64,000 nt of DNA from Erysipelotrichaceae bacterium (GCA_017432005.1 JAFRKA010000016.1:145380-209379), one strand, 5' to 3'. Shown: positions 46,957 through 57,072, counted from the first letter of the stretch. The notes: generated by a model not told the origin, from the sequence alone. A program made the numbers and translations.

Positions 46957-48198
46957 ATGAAAGGTATTCATGTAACCAGTGAAATAAAGCCTTTAAAGAA
47001 GGTTTTATTGCACAGACCAGGTAAGGAACTGCTGAATCTCACACCGGACAGACTGAATGAACTGCTGTTCGACGATATTCCTTATCTTAAGATCGCTCAG
47101 GAAGAACACGATGCATTCGCCAAGATCCTGAGAGATAACGGTGTCGAAGTCGTATATCTTGAGGATCTGATGACTGAGGTTCTGGAACAGAATCCGAAAC
47201 TCGTTGAACCGTTCCTCTATCAGTGGCTGTCTGAAGGTAATATCAAGACCAAGAGATGGCAGGACAAACTGTATAACTATCTTATTTCCAACTACCATGG
47301 TAAAGACCTTGTCTTAAAGACCATGGAAGGTATCACTCTCAAGGAGATGGGAGACAGCATCAAGGCTTACTCCCTGCAGGACCGTATCGCACCGAGCGAT
47401 GATCTGATCGTCGATCCGATGCCTAACCTGTATTTCCAGAGAGACCCGTTCGCTTCTGTAGGTGAAGGTGTCTTCTTGCACAGAATGAAGTTCCCTACCA
47501 GAAACCGCGAAACCATCTATGCTGACTACATCTTCAAATATCACCCTGATTTTGCAGGTCTGATCAAGCGTTACTATGATCGTGACTACCACGCAAACAT
47601 CGAGGGTGGTGACGTATTCAATCTGACTGATACGGTACTGGCTATCGGTATCTCTCAGAGAACTTCTCCGGATGCAATCGAACTTGCCGCCAGGAATCTG
47701 TTCAATGATCATGACTGCAAGATCCGTACTGTACTGGCCTTCAGGATCCCTGAATCCCGTGCCTTCATGCATCTGGACACTGTCTTTACCAGGATCGACT
47801 ATGACAAGTATACAGTCCATCCGGCTATCATCGGTCCGCTGGAAGTATATGAGATCACTCCGACTCAGCGTGAAGACAGAAATCCTGACGACCTGCATAT
47901 CCAGCGTCTGGACATGAAACTCGAAGACATTCTGGCAAAATATACCGGTGTTGATAATGTCGAACTGATCTACTGCGGCGGTGATGATCTGATCGCAGCA
48001 GCCAGAGAACAGTGGAATGACGGTTCCAACACGCTGTGTATCGCTCCGGGAACGATCGTCTGCTACGAGCGTAACGATGTCACCAATGCGATCCTGCGTG
48101 AGAAGGGCCTGAATGTTCTGACCATCCCGAGTGCCGAACTTTCAAGAGGAAGAGGCGGCCCGAGATGTATGTCTATGCCTATTATCAGAGAAGACTAA
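46957..48198 (+). CDS. arcA: Arginine deiminase
   Basis: VTSEIKPLKKVLLHRPGKEL N-terminus and a C-terminal GGPRCMSMP motif (catalytic Cys). Confidence 0.95.
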   Translation: MKGIHVTSEIKPLKKVLLHRPGKELLNLTPDRLNELLFDDIPYLKIAQEEHDAFAKILRDNGVEVVYLEDLMTEVLEQNPKLVEPFLYQWLSEGNIKTKRWQDKLYNYLISNYHGKDLVLKTMEGITLKEMGDSIKAYSLQDRIAPSDDLIVDPMPNLYFQRDPFASVGEGVFLHRMKFPTRNRETIYADYIFKYHPDFAGLIKRYYDRDYHANIEGGDVFNLTDTVLAIGISQRTSPDAIELAARNLFNDHDCKIRTVLAFRIPESRAFMHLDTVFTRIDYDKYTVHPAIIGPLEVYEITPTQREDRNPDDLHIQRLDMKLEDILAKYTGVDNVELIYCGGDDLIAAAREQWNDGSNTLCIAPGTIVCYERNDVTNAILREKGLNVLTIPSAELSRGRGGPRCMSMPIIRED

Positions 48199-48218
48199 TT
48201 TAAAGGAGAAAAGAAAAA

Positions 48219-49211
48219 ATGGGAGTTAATTTAAGCGGACGCAGCTTCCTGAAGCTGCTGGACTTCACACCTGCCGAGATCAGATACATGCTGGATCTGG
48301 CGGCTGAATTCAAGAGACTGAAGAGAAATGGTGTTCCTCATGACTATCTGAGAGGCAAACAGATCGTTCTGCTGTTCGAAAAGACTTCGACCAGAACACG
48401 CTGCTCATTCGAAGTAGCCGGAAGAGACCTGGGTATGGGCGTTACATATCTTGATCCGGGTTCATCACAGATGGGCAAGAAGGAATCTCTTGAAGATACT
48501 GCAAGAGTATTGGGCAGAATGTATGACGGTATCGAATACCGTGGCTTCGATCAGTCGATCGTTGAAGAACTGGCTGAAAAATCAGGTGTTCCTGTCTGGA
48601 ACGGTCTGACTACGCAGTTCCATCCGACTCAGATGCTGGCTGACATTATGACCGCTGAAGAGAACTTAGGCGACATGAGAGGCAAGAAACTCGTCTTCAT
48701 GGGCGATGCCGGAAACAACGTTGCCAACTCGCTGATGGTCGTCTGTGCCAAGTTAGGTATCAATTTCGTTGCCTGCGGTCCTGAAAAGCAGATGCCTGCC
48801 AAGGAACTGGTAGAGACCTGCCGCAAGATCGCTGCCGAAAACGGAAGCACGATCACTCTTACTGAAGATGTCAAAGAAGGCACAAAGGGTGCTCATGTCA
48901 TCTATACCGATATCTGGGTATCCATGGGTGAACCTGATGATATCTGGGCTGAAAGGATCAAACTTCTTGAACCTTACCGCGTGACCAAGGAAGTCATGGC
49001 CAACGCTGATGAGCACGCCATCTTCTTACACTGTCTGCCTTCATTCCATGATACGAACACGACGATCGGTGCTGATATCGCCGAGAAGTTCGGTGTCAAG
49101 GAAATGGAAGTCGCTGACGAAGTATTTGAATCAAAACAGTCAAAGGTATTTGACGAAGCTGAAAACAGAATGCATACGATCAAGGCTGTCATGTATGCAA
49201 CGCTGAAATAA
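48219..49211 (+). CDS. arcB: Ornithine carbamoyltransferase (catabolic context)
   Basis: [11 protein letters not shown], a DxxHPxQ-like motif ([10 protein letters not shown]) and HCLPSFH motifs. It lies between arcA and arcC. Confidence 0.95.
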   Translation: MGVNLSGRSFLKLLDFTPAEIRYMLDLAAEFKRLKRNGVPHDYLRGKQIVLLFEKTSTRTRCSFEVAGRDLGMGVTYLDPGSSQMGKKESLEDTARVLGRMYDGIEYRGFDQSIVEELAEKSGVPVWNGLTTQFHPTQMLADIMTAEENLGDMRGKKLVFMGDAGNNVANSLMVVCAKLGINFVACGPEKQMPAKELVETCRKIAAENGSTITLTEDVKEGTKGAHVIYTDIWVSMGEPDDIWAERIKLLEPYRVTKEVMANADEHAIFLHCLPSFHDTNTTIGADIAEKFGVKEMEVADEVFESKQSKVFDEAENRMHTIKAVMYATLK

Positions 49212-49213
49212 TC

Positions 49214-50149
49214 ATGGGCAAGCGTTTAGTTATAGCACTGGGCGGAAACGCTCTGGGCAATACGCCGCAGGAGCAGCTGGAGCTGGTCAAGAAGACCGCT
49301 TCCACGATCGTGGATCTGGTCGAGGAAGGCTATGATGTCGTTGTCGGACACGGTAACGGTCCGCAGGTCGGCATGGTCAACCTGGCATTTGAGAATTCTC
49401 ACAACAAGGTCGGCGGAACACCGGAGATGCCTTTCCCGGAGTGCGGAGCAATGACCCAGGGTTACATCGGTTATCATCTGCAGCAGTCGATCGGCAGAGA
49501 ACTCAAGAAAAGAGGCATGAACAAGCCTGTTGCGACAGTCGTTACACAGGTCGAAGTCGACAAAGCTGACAGTGCCTTTGAAAATCCGACCAAGCCTATC
49601 GGTTCCTTCTACACCAAGGAAGAAGCAGCGAAGATCGTAGCTGAGACTGGTTATACCTTCATTGAAGATGCCGGCAGAGGTTACAGAAGAGTCGTTCCTT
49701 CACCTAAACCGGTGTCGATCGTCGAACTGGAAACAGTTGAAAAACTCGTTTCTCAGGGCTGCATCGTCATTACGGTCGGTGGCGGCGGTATTCCGGTAGT
49801 AAAAGCCGGTGACTGGTACGAAGGTGTTGCGGCTGTCATCGATAAGGACAGAGCTTCAGCAAAACTGGCTCTGGATCTTAAGGCGGACATGCTGGTGATC
49901 CTGACGGCTGTTGATAAAGTTTCCATCAACTTCAACAAACCTGATCAGAAAGATCTTTCGGAAATATCGCTTGAAGAGGCCAGACAGTATATCGCTGAAG
50001 GTCACTTCGCCAAGGGCAGTATGTTGCCGAAGGTCGAATCATGCATCGATTATGTTGAAAAAACTGAAAACGGAAAGGCTCTGATAACTTCACTGGAAAA
50101 AGCCAAGGAAGCACTGCAGGGCAAGACCGGTACGATCATCCACGCTTAG
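49214..50149 (+). CDS. arcC: Carbamate kinase
   Basis: VIALGGNAL...VVGHGNGPQVG and ITVGGGGIPV motifs. Confidence 0.93.
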   Translation: MGKRLVIALGGNALGNTPQEQLELVKKTASTIVDLVEEGYDVVVGHGNGPQVGMVNLAFENSHNKVGGTPEMPFPECGAMTQGYIGYHLQQSIGRELKKRGMNKPVATVVTQVEVDKADSAFENPTKPIGSFYTKEEAAKIVAETGYTFIEDAGRGYRRVVPSPKPVSIVELETVEKLVSQGCIVITVGGGGIPVVKAGDWYEGVAAVIDKDRASAKLALDLKADMLVILTAVDKVSINFNKPDQKDLSEISLEEARQYIAEGHFAKGSMLPKVESCIDYVEKTENGKALITSLEKAKEALQGKTGTIIHA

Positions 50150-50189
50150 TGGATAAACATATTCCATAAGAAAAATAAAGGGGGAATAA

Positions 50190-51617
50190 ATGGAAAAGAA
50201 ACCTAGAAAGATGCTTACGTCTTTCACTATCCTGATCCTGATGATCCTGGCTCTCGCCGTATTATCATGGATCGTTGCTGCTATACCGGACAGCGGTGTT
50301 ACAGCTGCCGGATTCTCTACGATCATCAGATCGGTCGTTGACGGATTCTCTAATGCTGCAGGCTCAGGTGCTGACCTGATCGCCTTCATCTTCTGCATCG
50401 GCGGTTTCCTGGGCATCGTCAATTCTACAGGTGCTCTGGATACCGGTATTGCTACACTCGTCCGTAAACTGAACGGCCGTGAAGAGATCCTGATCGCTGC
50501 TGTCATGTTCGTCTTCTCTATCGGTGGTACGACATACGGCATGTGCGAAGAGACTGTTCCGTTCTACATCATGCTCGCATCCACAATGGTCGCAGCCGGT
50601 ATGGATACTCTGACCGGCGCACTGGCTGTTGCGCTCGGTGCCGGTGTCGGTGTTCTCGGTTCAACGATCAACCCGTTCTGCACGATGGCTGCTGTTGGCG
50701 CTCTTGACGGTGTCGGCATCTCTGTTGATACAGGCAAGATGATCGCTCTGGGTGTCGTGCTCTGGCTGTCTTCTTATGCTATTGCTTTATACTTCGTCCT
50801 GAAGTATGCCAAGAAAGTCAAAGCTGACAAGGGCTCTACTTTCCTTTCACTGCAGGAACAGAAGATCATGGAAGATGAATTCTCCAAGGGATATGATGCC
50901 AATGCCAAACTTTCAGGCAAGCAGAAACTCGTTCTCTGGATCTTCGGTCTTTCATTCGCTGTCATGATCTGCGGTTTCATTCCTTGGGAAGACTATGGCG
51001 TAACTCTGTTCTCAGGATGGTCTGAGTTCATCATGGGTGAAGGTATCCCGATGGGTTACTGGTACTTCGATGAAGGCGCAACACTCTTCTTCATCATGGC
51101 TATCGTCATCGGTTTCATCTACGGTATGGGCGAAGCTGAATTCGTTGAAACATTCATCAGAGGTTCTGCTGATCTGATCTCTGTTGCCTTCATCATCGCG
51201 GTTGCCAGAGGTGCAACGGTCCTGATGGGCAATACAGGTTTAGGAGAATGGCTGGTCAACGTTATCGCCGATACTCTGCGTGGTGTTCCGGGCTTCATCT
51301 ATGCTCCGCTGGCATACATCCTTTATCTGCCGCTGTCATTCCTGGTACCTTCGACTTCAGGTCTGGCCGGACTGTCAATGCCGATCATGGGTCCTGTTAC
51401 TGACCAGTTAGGATTCTCTGTTGAAGTAATGATCCTGATCTTCTCTGCAGCCAACGGCCTTATCAACCTCTTTGCTCCGACTGCCGGTGCACTGATGGGT
51501 GGTTTACAGACTGCCAAGATCGAATATCCGACTTATATGAAAGCTGCACTTAAGCCGATCATCGTCATCGGTATCGCCAATATCATTATCGTAACTGTTG
51601 CGATGATGATCATGTAA
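50190..51617 (+). CDS. YfcC/ArcD-family transporter (putative arginine/ornithine antiporter)
   Basis: 475-aa polytopic protein with a YfcC-type N-terminus (K.LTSFTILILMIL...). It is the last gene of the arc operon. Confidence 0.75.
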   Translation: MEKKPRKMLTSFTILILMILALAVLSWIVAAIPDSGVTAAGFSTIIRSVVDGFSNAAGSGADLIAFIFCIGGFLGIVNSTGALDTGIATLVRKLNGREEILIAAVMFVFSIGGTTYGMCEETVPFYIMLASTMVAAGMDTLTGALAVALGAGVGVLGSTINPFCTMAAVGALDGVGISVDTGKMIALGVVLWLSSYAIALYFVLKYAKKVKADKGSTFLSLQEQKIMEDEFSKGYDANAKLSGKQKLVLWIFGLSFAVMICGFIPWEDYGVTLFSGWSEFIMGEGIPMGYWYFDEGATLFFIMAIVIGFIYGMGEAEFVETFIRGSADLISVAFIIAVARGATVLMGNTGLGEWLVNVIADTLRGVPGFIYAPLAYILYLPLSFLVPSTSGLAGLSMPIMGPVTDQLGFSVEVMILIFSAANGLINLFAPTAGALMGGLQTAKIEYPTYMKAALKPIIVIGIANIIIVTVAMMIM

Positions 51618-51649
51618 GCTGATCATAACAATCTGAATAACAATTCTCA

Positions 51650-51686
51650 GTTGCCTCGTTCTTTATGAACGAGGCAACTTGGTTTA
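51650..51686 (+). terminator. Intrinsic terminator of the arc operon
   Basis: GTTGCCTCGTTC-tttat-GAACGAGGCAAC (12-bp perfect stem) followed by TTGGTTTAT. Confidence 0.8.
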
Positions 51687-51688
51687 TA

Positions 51689-52987
51689 ATGAGAAAAATG
51701 AAGAACGCCGATCTGAGAGAGATCCAGGAACAGTACTGTTCGAGTTATGATAAGCGTAAACTCTGTTCTTACGATATCGAATATATCGATTCTGAAACCA
51801 AACCGCTGATCCATACTTCATCCAGGTTCTGGTTCTTTTTATCAGGAAAAGCTACGATCATGATCAATGGTCGGGAGTATCCGGTAAAACAGAATTCCTT
51901 TGTGGCGATCCTGCCCTGGGATACGACCATCATCACCAAAGTAAAAGAACCTATCCATTTCATCAAGATCGTCTACAACAGCGAATTCCTTTACGATGTC
52001 CGTTATAACTACAACACTTCAGGTGAATTTCTTTCGCTAATCAATCCGATCGTCGAGAATCCGGTGATCCAGCTGACGAAAGAAGAAGTGCGTTATGTCA
52101 CGATGGTCATGGATCAGATCAAGGCGGAAGTCGGAACAGAATCGATGTATGATATTCCCAAGGAAAAGATCCTAAGCAATATCTTTGTCTCCAACAAGCT
52201 CATCGAACTGCTTATCGCTTTCGTCCGTATCGCTTCCAAAGTCGATCTCAAGCGCATCGACGGCAAGTCGATGGAACTGGATGACCGCCCGGCGATCTAC
52301 AAGTACATCTATTCGCATATCTCTCAGAACGTCACACTTAAGGTACTGTCGGAGATCTTCTATATGTCGGAATCATCTATCTCCAAATATATCTCGGATG
52401 TCACAGGATTGTCGTTCTCAGATCTGGTCAACGAAATGCGCATAACCAAGACCGTCGATCTGCTTACTTATACCGATCTTTCCCTGAATGATATCGCTGA
52501 ATTCGTCGGTTTCTCCGATGCTTCTTACCTGATCAAGACCTTTACCAAGCGTATGAATCTTTCACCTTCTGAATATCGCAATATCTATCAGGCAAAGGAA
52601 CATATCTTCAAGGAGAAAGACAAATCAGTCAGTTTCGAGATCCTGTCATATATAAACAATCATTATACGGAAGATATCAAGATCTCCGATATCGTGGATA
52701 AATTCAAAGTCAGCTATGTCGATGTGAACCGATCATTGTTATATCTGGTCGAGAAAAACTTCGATGACCTTCTGCATTATCTGCGCATCAACAGAGCTTG
52801 CGAAATGCTGCTGACCGGAGATGATCCGATCGTTGAGATCGCTGCTGCTGTCGGATACAACAACAACAAGACTTTTACCCGCAATTTCATCAGACTGAAA
52901 AAAATGACACCCGGATATTTCCGCAAGAACATCTCTCTGCAAAGAGATGCCGAGATCATAAGTGAAGAAGAAAAAACCGATGAATGA
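51689..52987 (+). CDS. AraC-family regulator with cupin-like N-domain and two tandem AraC-type DNA-binding domains
   Basis: The first HTH_18-like unit is IYKYIYSHISQNVTLKVLSEIF...IAEFVGFSDASYLIKTFTKRMNLSPSEYR. The second is ILSYINNHYTEDIKISDIVDKF...IAAAVGYNNNKTFTRNFIRLKKMTPGYFRK. I moved the start to 51689 because the ORF start at 51665 lies inside the terminator hairpin; 51698 is also possible. Confidence 0.75.
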   Translation: MRKMKNADLREIQEQYCSSYDKRKLCSYDIEYIDSETKPLIHTSSRFWFFLSGKATIMINGREYPVKQNSFVAILPWDTTIITKVKEPIHFIKIVYNSEFLYDVRYNYNTSGEFLSLINPIVENPVIQLTKEEVRYVTMVMDQIKAEVGTESMYDIPKEKILSNIFVSNKLIELLIAFVRIASKVDLKRIDGKSMELDDRPAIYKYIYSHISQNVTLKVLSEIFYMSESSISKYISDVTGLSFSDLVNEMRITKTVDLLTYTDLSLNDIAEFVGFSDASYLIKTFTKRMNLSPSEYRNIYQAKEHIFKEKDKSVSFEILSYINNHYTEDIKISDIVDKFKVSYVDVNRSLLYLVEKNFDDLLHYLRINRACEMLLTGDDPIVEIAAAVGYNNNKTFTRNFIRLKKMTPGYFRKNISLQRDAEIISEEEKTDE

Positions 52988-54011
52988 AATAATAAAACAA
53001 CTTTTTACTGATCTGCATGAAAATCCTGAAAGCTCGGAAAGAGAAGAAAAGACCAGAAAGATCATCACTGAATTCATGAACAGAAACACTTCCATGGAAT
53101 ACTATGAACTTCCCGGAGGTTTTTATTATGTCTATCGTTCACCGAAAGGTCTCAAGAACATTGCGATAAGAGCTGATTATGATGCGGTGACCTGTGATGA
53201 TCACAAGGCCAGACACCTGTGCGGACATGACGGACATGCGACATCTCTATGTGCGCTGGCTTTATTGCTGGAAGAAAAAGGCTGTGACAACAACGTTTTT
53301 CTTCTGTTTCAGTCGGCTGAAGAGAACGGCGAAGGCGCAAAGAAATGCCTGGATATATTCAATGAAAAGATCGATGTGATCTATGGTCAGCATAATCTTC
53401 CCGGTTTTGCATTCGGAAAGGTATTTACCTCATACAATACTTTTGCGTGTACTTCCTGCGGGCTCATCATCAGACTCAAAGGAAAAAGTAGTCATGCGGC
53501 TTATCCGGAACTTGGAATCTCTCCCGGTCATCTTAGCGCAGAGATACTTAAGAAGATAGAAGGATACCATACTCTGGAGAAGATGATCACCCTCATTGGG
53601 GTGAAGATCGGAGAAAAAACTTTCGGCGTCATGGCACATGAAGCAGAGATATATCTGACTCTTCGCAGCACCACTGACGAGAATCTGAAAGAACTGGAAG
53701 AGGAGCTGATCTCCTATATCGATATGAACAAGGGAGAACTGAAATTCTCTTATGAGAAGATCGATCACTTTCCGGCTGTCTTCAATGATAAAGAGGAAGC
53801 ACAGAGAGTACTGGACAGACTTGACGGCGAACTTCTGAAAGAACCGATGCGCTGGAGCGAGGATTTCGCTCACTATCTGAAAGGACATAAAGGTGCCTTC
53901 TTCGGTATCGGTGCAGGGGAGAAACATCCCGGTCTGCATACAGCAGAATATGTCTATCCTGTTGAACTGATCGATATCACAAGAGACTGTTTTTATGGTT
54001 TGGTGAAATGA
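52980..54011 (+). CDS. M20D-family amidohydrolase (N-acyl-amino-acid deacylase-like)
   Basis: HLCGHDGH metal-binding motif and FQSAEE. It overlaps the AraC-family gene at its 5' end and the GNAT gene at its 3' end. Confidence 0.75.
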   Translation: MNEIIKQLFTDLHENPESSEREEKTRKIITEFMNRNTSMEYYELPGGFYYVYRSPKGLKNIAIRADYDAVTCDDHKARHLCGHDGHATSLCALALLLEEKGCDNNVFLLFQSAEENGEGAKKCLDIFNEKIDVIYGQHNLPGFAFGKVFTSYNTFACTSCGLIIRLKGKSSHAAYPELGISPGHLSAEILKKIEGYHTLEKMITLIGVKIGEKTFGVMAHEAEIYLTLRSTTDENLKELEEELISYIDMNKGELKFSYEKIDHFPAVFNDKEEAQRVLDRLDGELLKEPMRWSEDFAHYLKGHKGAFFGIGAGEKHPGLHTAEYVYPVELIDITRDCFYGLVK

Positions 54012-54526
54012 GATACAGACTGGCAAAAGAAAACGAGCTCCAAGAGCTCTGTGAATTATATGATCGCATCATCCTGCAGCAGCAGTACGATGAATACGGA
54101 CCCGGCTGGACCAGAGACGTCTATCCTGCCAGAAGCGATCTTAAAGATCATCTGAATAAAGACCTTGTCTATGTCATGGATGAAGAAGGAAAACTAGCGG
54201 GTGCCGGTGTTATATCGTTACATGAAGATGAGATGTATAAAAAAGGCAAGTGGTCACGAAAGCTGAAGGATGAGGAAGTAGCTGTCTTGCATCTCTTTGG
54301 TATCGATCCGGCATTCAGGGGAAAAGGATATACGCAGGAATTTCTGAAGTATATCATCGAGGAGACAGGAAAGACATCCAGAGCGATCCATCTCGATGTC
54401 GTAAAAGGGAACATTCCGGCTTACAGAGTCTATGAGAAAGCCGGTTTCATGTCGGCAGGTGATCTGGGAGTCTGGTATGAAGATACCGGTGATATCACTG
54501 TCGATCTGATGGAGTATAACTATTAA
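54008..54526 (+). CDS. GNAT family N-acetyltransferase
   Basis: LHLFGIDPAFRGKGYTQEFLKY is acetyl-CoA-binding motif A (R/Q-x-x-G-x-G/A). Confidence 0.8.
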   Translation: MRYRLAKENELQELCELYDRIILQQQYDEYGPGWTRDVYPARSDLKDHLNKDLVYVMDEEGKLAGAGVISLHEDEMYKKGKWSRKLKDEEVAVLHLFGIDPAFRGKGYTQEFLKYIIEETGKTSRAIHLDVVKGNIPAYRVYEKAGFMSAGDLGVWYEDTGDITVDLMEYNY

Positions 54527-54560
54527 AGATGCAGACAAATGTCTGCATCTTTATCTTTTT
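54526..54560. terminator. Bidirectional terminator
   Basis: AAGATGCAGAC-aaat-GTCTGCATCTT stem followed by TATCTTTTT, between convergent genes. Confidence 0.8.
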
Positions 54561-57000
54561 ATAAAACTGTATTTCGCTTATCGATGTCCAGGATCTCGAT
54601 CCTGTTTTCACCACCCAGGTTCTTACTGATAAGTTCAGACAGTTCATTCAGCGCTGTCTCGAATTCCTCTGTCCTTGAAGGATCGACCAGTTCGATGATC
54701 ATGAAGGCATTCTTCGTATCTTCTGTCAGCATCGTTCTGACGCCTTCACGCCAGTTCCAGCAGCGGCAGATCGCACCCTGATCATCTTTGTAGCAGATCT
54801 CTCCGGCATACGGAGATTCGTTCTCATCGTCACCGCCGTAGGTCACGAACTCTTCGTTTCCATCAGCCATCGTCAGGCAGATATTGCCGACGAACTTGTC
54901 GATGTCTTCACCGCCGCATGGCATTGCGTATTTAAGTGAGACTGAATTGTAGATATCGACCAGCGGATTGATATTGCCGATATGATTGCCTTTGTAGACA
55001 CGTTTGAGCAGAGCCTCGATCGAAGATCTGGCTCCTTTCTTCGTCTTGAACTTGCTGAAGGCATCACGCCAGACAGATATGACTCTGTTTTTGGACAGTT
55101 CCGCATCCGGAAGATACTTAAGGCATTCTTTCTCGCCGTTTCTGAGCAGTTCAGAATACTGATCTTCTTTTTCGATCTTGTTGTTGATGCCCTTGCATAC
55201 GATGATACCGATCTTTGCTTCAGGGAAGAGTTTCCAGAAATCGTTTCTGATGATGAATCTGGTCTGTCCGTCATCGGCAAATTCTTCATCCTGACCGAGA
55301 TCACGAACGACGACTTCTTCTTTCTTCACTTCTTTCTTTTCCTCTTTCTCCATGACTTCCGGAGCATTTACACCCAGCAGATACAGAGCGTTTTTCAGCG
55401 TGATCCTGGTCGCTTCAGCCAGCGCAAGTCTTTCGTTGGTCAGCTGCGGATCGTTCTTGTCGTTGATCTTGCAGGAGCTGTAGAAAGAATGGAAATAAGT
55501 AGCGAGCTTATAGACATAGTTGCAGATCTTGTTAGGACTGCGGGTAGCAGCAGCTTCGGCTACGACTTCCGTAAAGGAGTTTATGTGCTTGAGCAGATCG
55601 ACTTCCTTCGGATTGCTTAACCGTGTATAGGTATCCTGTTTTTCAACCTTTTTATCCGCCTGTTTCAGAACTGAACAGATACGCGCATAGGCATACTGAA
55701 CATAGTATACCGGGTTGTCATTCGACCTGGTCCTGGCCAGTGTCAGGTCAAAGTCAAGATGTGTATCCAGAGCCTTGGACAGGAAGAAGTATCTTGCGGA
55801 ATCGATGCCGATATCGTCGACCAGTTCTCTCAGTGTGATCGCATTACCGGTACGCTTGGACATCTTGACTTCCTGACCGTTTTCGATCATTCTGACCATC
55901 TGACAGATATCGACCTGCAGATTGTCACGCGGATAGCCCAATGCTTCCATGGCGGCCTTCATACGCGGGATATATCCGTGATGATCGGCACCCCAGATGT
56001 TTACCAGCAGCTCATAGCCTCTGTCGTATTTGTACAGGTGGTTGGCGATATCCGGAGTCATATAGGTATAGTAACCGTCTGATTTGCGAAGGACACGGTC
56101 TTTATCATCACCGTATTTTGTCGCCGCGAACCAGACAGCTCCGTCTTTTTCATAAAGCAGGCCCATGGAATCCATCTTTTCAATGGCTTTATCGACCATG
56201 CCCTGATCGACGATCCACTGCTCGGATACCCAGGAATCAAATTCACAGCCGAAATATTCCAGGTCTTTCTTGATCCTTTCGAGTTCCATCTTCTTGCCTA
56301 TCTCTTTGAGTTCGGCTACAGCTTCCTCTTCCGGCATTTTGATGTATTTGTCACCGTACATCTCATTGATCTCTTTAGTGATCTCGATGACATCAGGTCC
56401 GTGATAACCGTCTTCCGGCAGGGTGAAATCCAGACCGTAGAGTTCTCTGTAACGGGCGAGGATAGATTTGCCCAGATTGAGGATCTGTGCTCCGGCATCA
56501 TTGATGTAGTATTCTCTCAAGGCATCATAACCGGCGGCTTTCATGATCCTGACACAGGAATCGCCCCAGCAGGCGCCACGCGCATGTCCGCAGTGTAAAG
56601 GACCGGTCGGGTTGGCTGATACATACTCTTCCAGTACTTTGAGTCCGTTACCGGCGTTGGAGTGTCCGTATTCATCTTTGGCATCGATGACGGTATTGAT
56701 GACTCCGGCCATCGCATCCTTCTTGAGCCAGAAGTTGATAAAGCCCGGTCCGGCTATTTCGATATCCTGAACTTCGTCAAGTCGATTAAGCAGTTCACTT
56801 CTGAATTCTTCAGCGATCTCCTTAGGAGCGCGTTTCAGGAGTTTGGTCAGACGCATGGCGATATTGGTAGAATAGTCACCCTTGGTATTGTCCTTAGGGA
56901 TCTCGACCATCGCGAGATTCTCATCAGCTTCGATGCCGTATTTTTCCTTGACGATCTCAGCTATGTTTTGTACGATCTTATCCTCAATATTCATTTTCAT
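54559..57000 (-). CDS. argS: Arginine--tRNA ligase fused to a C-terminal B3/B4 (COG3382, PheRS-beta editing-domain-like) module
   Basis: aa 1-550 form a complete ArgRS: SANPTGPLHCGHARG (HIGH), KMSKRTG (KMSKS), DALREYYINDAG, ending ...GVNAPEVM. aa 551-813 comprise the EKEEKKEVKKEE linker and then the B3/4-family motifs INPLVDIYNSVSL, GGEDID, CRCWNWREGVRTMLTEDT. It is a single uninterrupted ORF with a GAGGTGA RBS. Confidence 0.9.
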   Translation of the reverse strand: MKMNIEDKIVQNIAEIVKEKYGIEADENLAMVEIPKDNTKGDYSTNIAMRLTKLLKRAPKEIAEEFRSELLNRLDEVQDIEIAGPGFINFWLKKDAMAGVINTVIDAKDEYGHSNAGNGLKVLEEYVSANPTGPLHCGHARGACWGDSCVRIMKAAGYDALREYYINDAGAQILNLGKSILARYRELYGLDFTLPEDGYHGPDVIEITKEINEMYGDKYIKMPEEEAVAELKEIGKKMELERIKKDLEYFGCEFDSWVSEQWIVDQGMVDKAIEKMDSMGLLYEKDGAVWFAATKYGDDKDRVLRKSDGYYTYMTPDIANHLYKYDRGYELLVNIWGADHHGYIPRMKAAMEALGYPRDNLQVDICQMVRMIENGQEVKMSKRTGNAITLRELVDDIGIDSARYFFLSKALDTHLDFDLTLARTRSNDNPVYYVQYAYARICSVLKQADKKVEKQDTYTRLSNPKEVDLLKHINSFTEVVAEAAATRSPNKICNYVYKLATYFHSFYSSCKINDKNDPQLTNERLALAEATRITLKNALYLLGVNAPEVMEKEEKKEVKKEEVVVRDLGQDEEFADDGQTRFIIRNDFWKLFPEAKIGIIVCKGINNKIEKEDQYSELLRNGEKECLKYLPDAELSKNRVISVWRDAFSKFKTKKGARSSIEALLKRVYKGNHIGNINPLVDIYNSVSLKYAMPCGGEDIDKFVGNICLTMADGNEEFVTYGGDDENESPYAGEICYKDDQGAICRCWNWREGVRTMLTEDTKNAFMIIELVDPSRTEEFETALNELSELISKNLGGENRIEILDIDKRNTVL

Positions 57001-57048
57001 TCACCTCGATACGCATCAATTTTAACATATAAACAGGATAAACTCCCG

Positions 57049-57072
57049 ATAAAAAAGCCGGCAATGCCGGCT
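57049..57072 (-). terminator. Intrinsic terminator (for the gene at 57095..58597) upstream of argS
   Basis: On the - strand: AGCCGGC-att-GCCGGCT stem followed by TTTTTT. Confidence 0.8.

Noticed and set aside
51665-51688. ATG at 51665 as the start of the AraC-family gene.
   Set aside because: That codon sits in the loop and descending arm of the 12-bp-stem arc-operon terminator. I prefer the downstream ATGs at 51689 and 51698.
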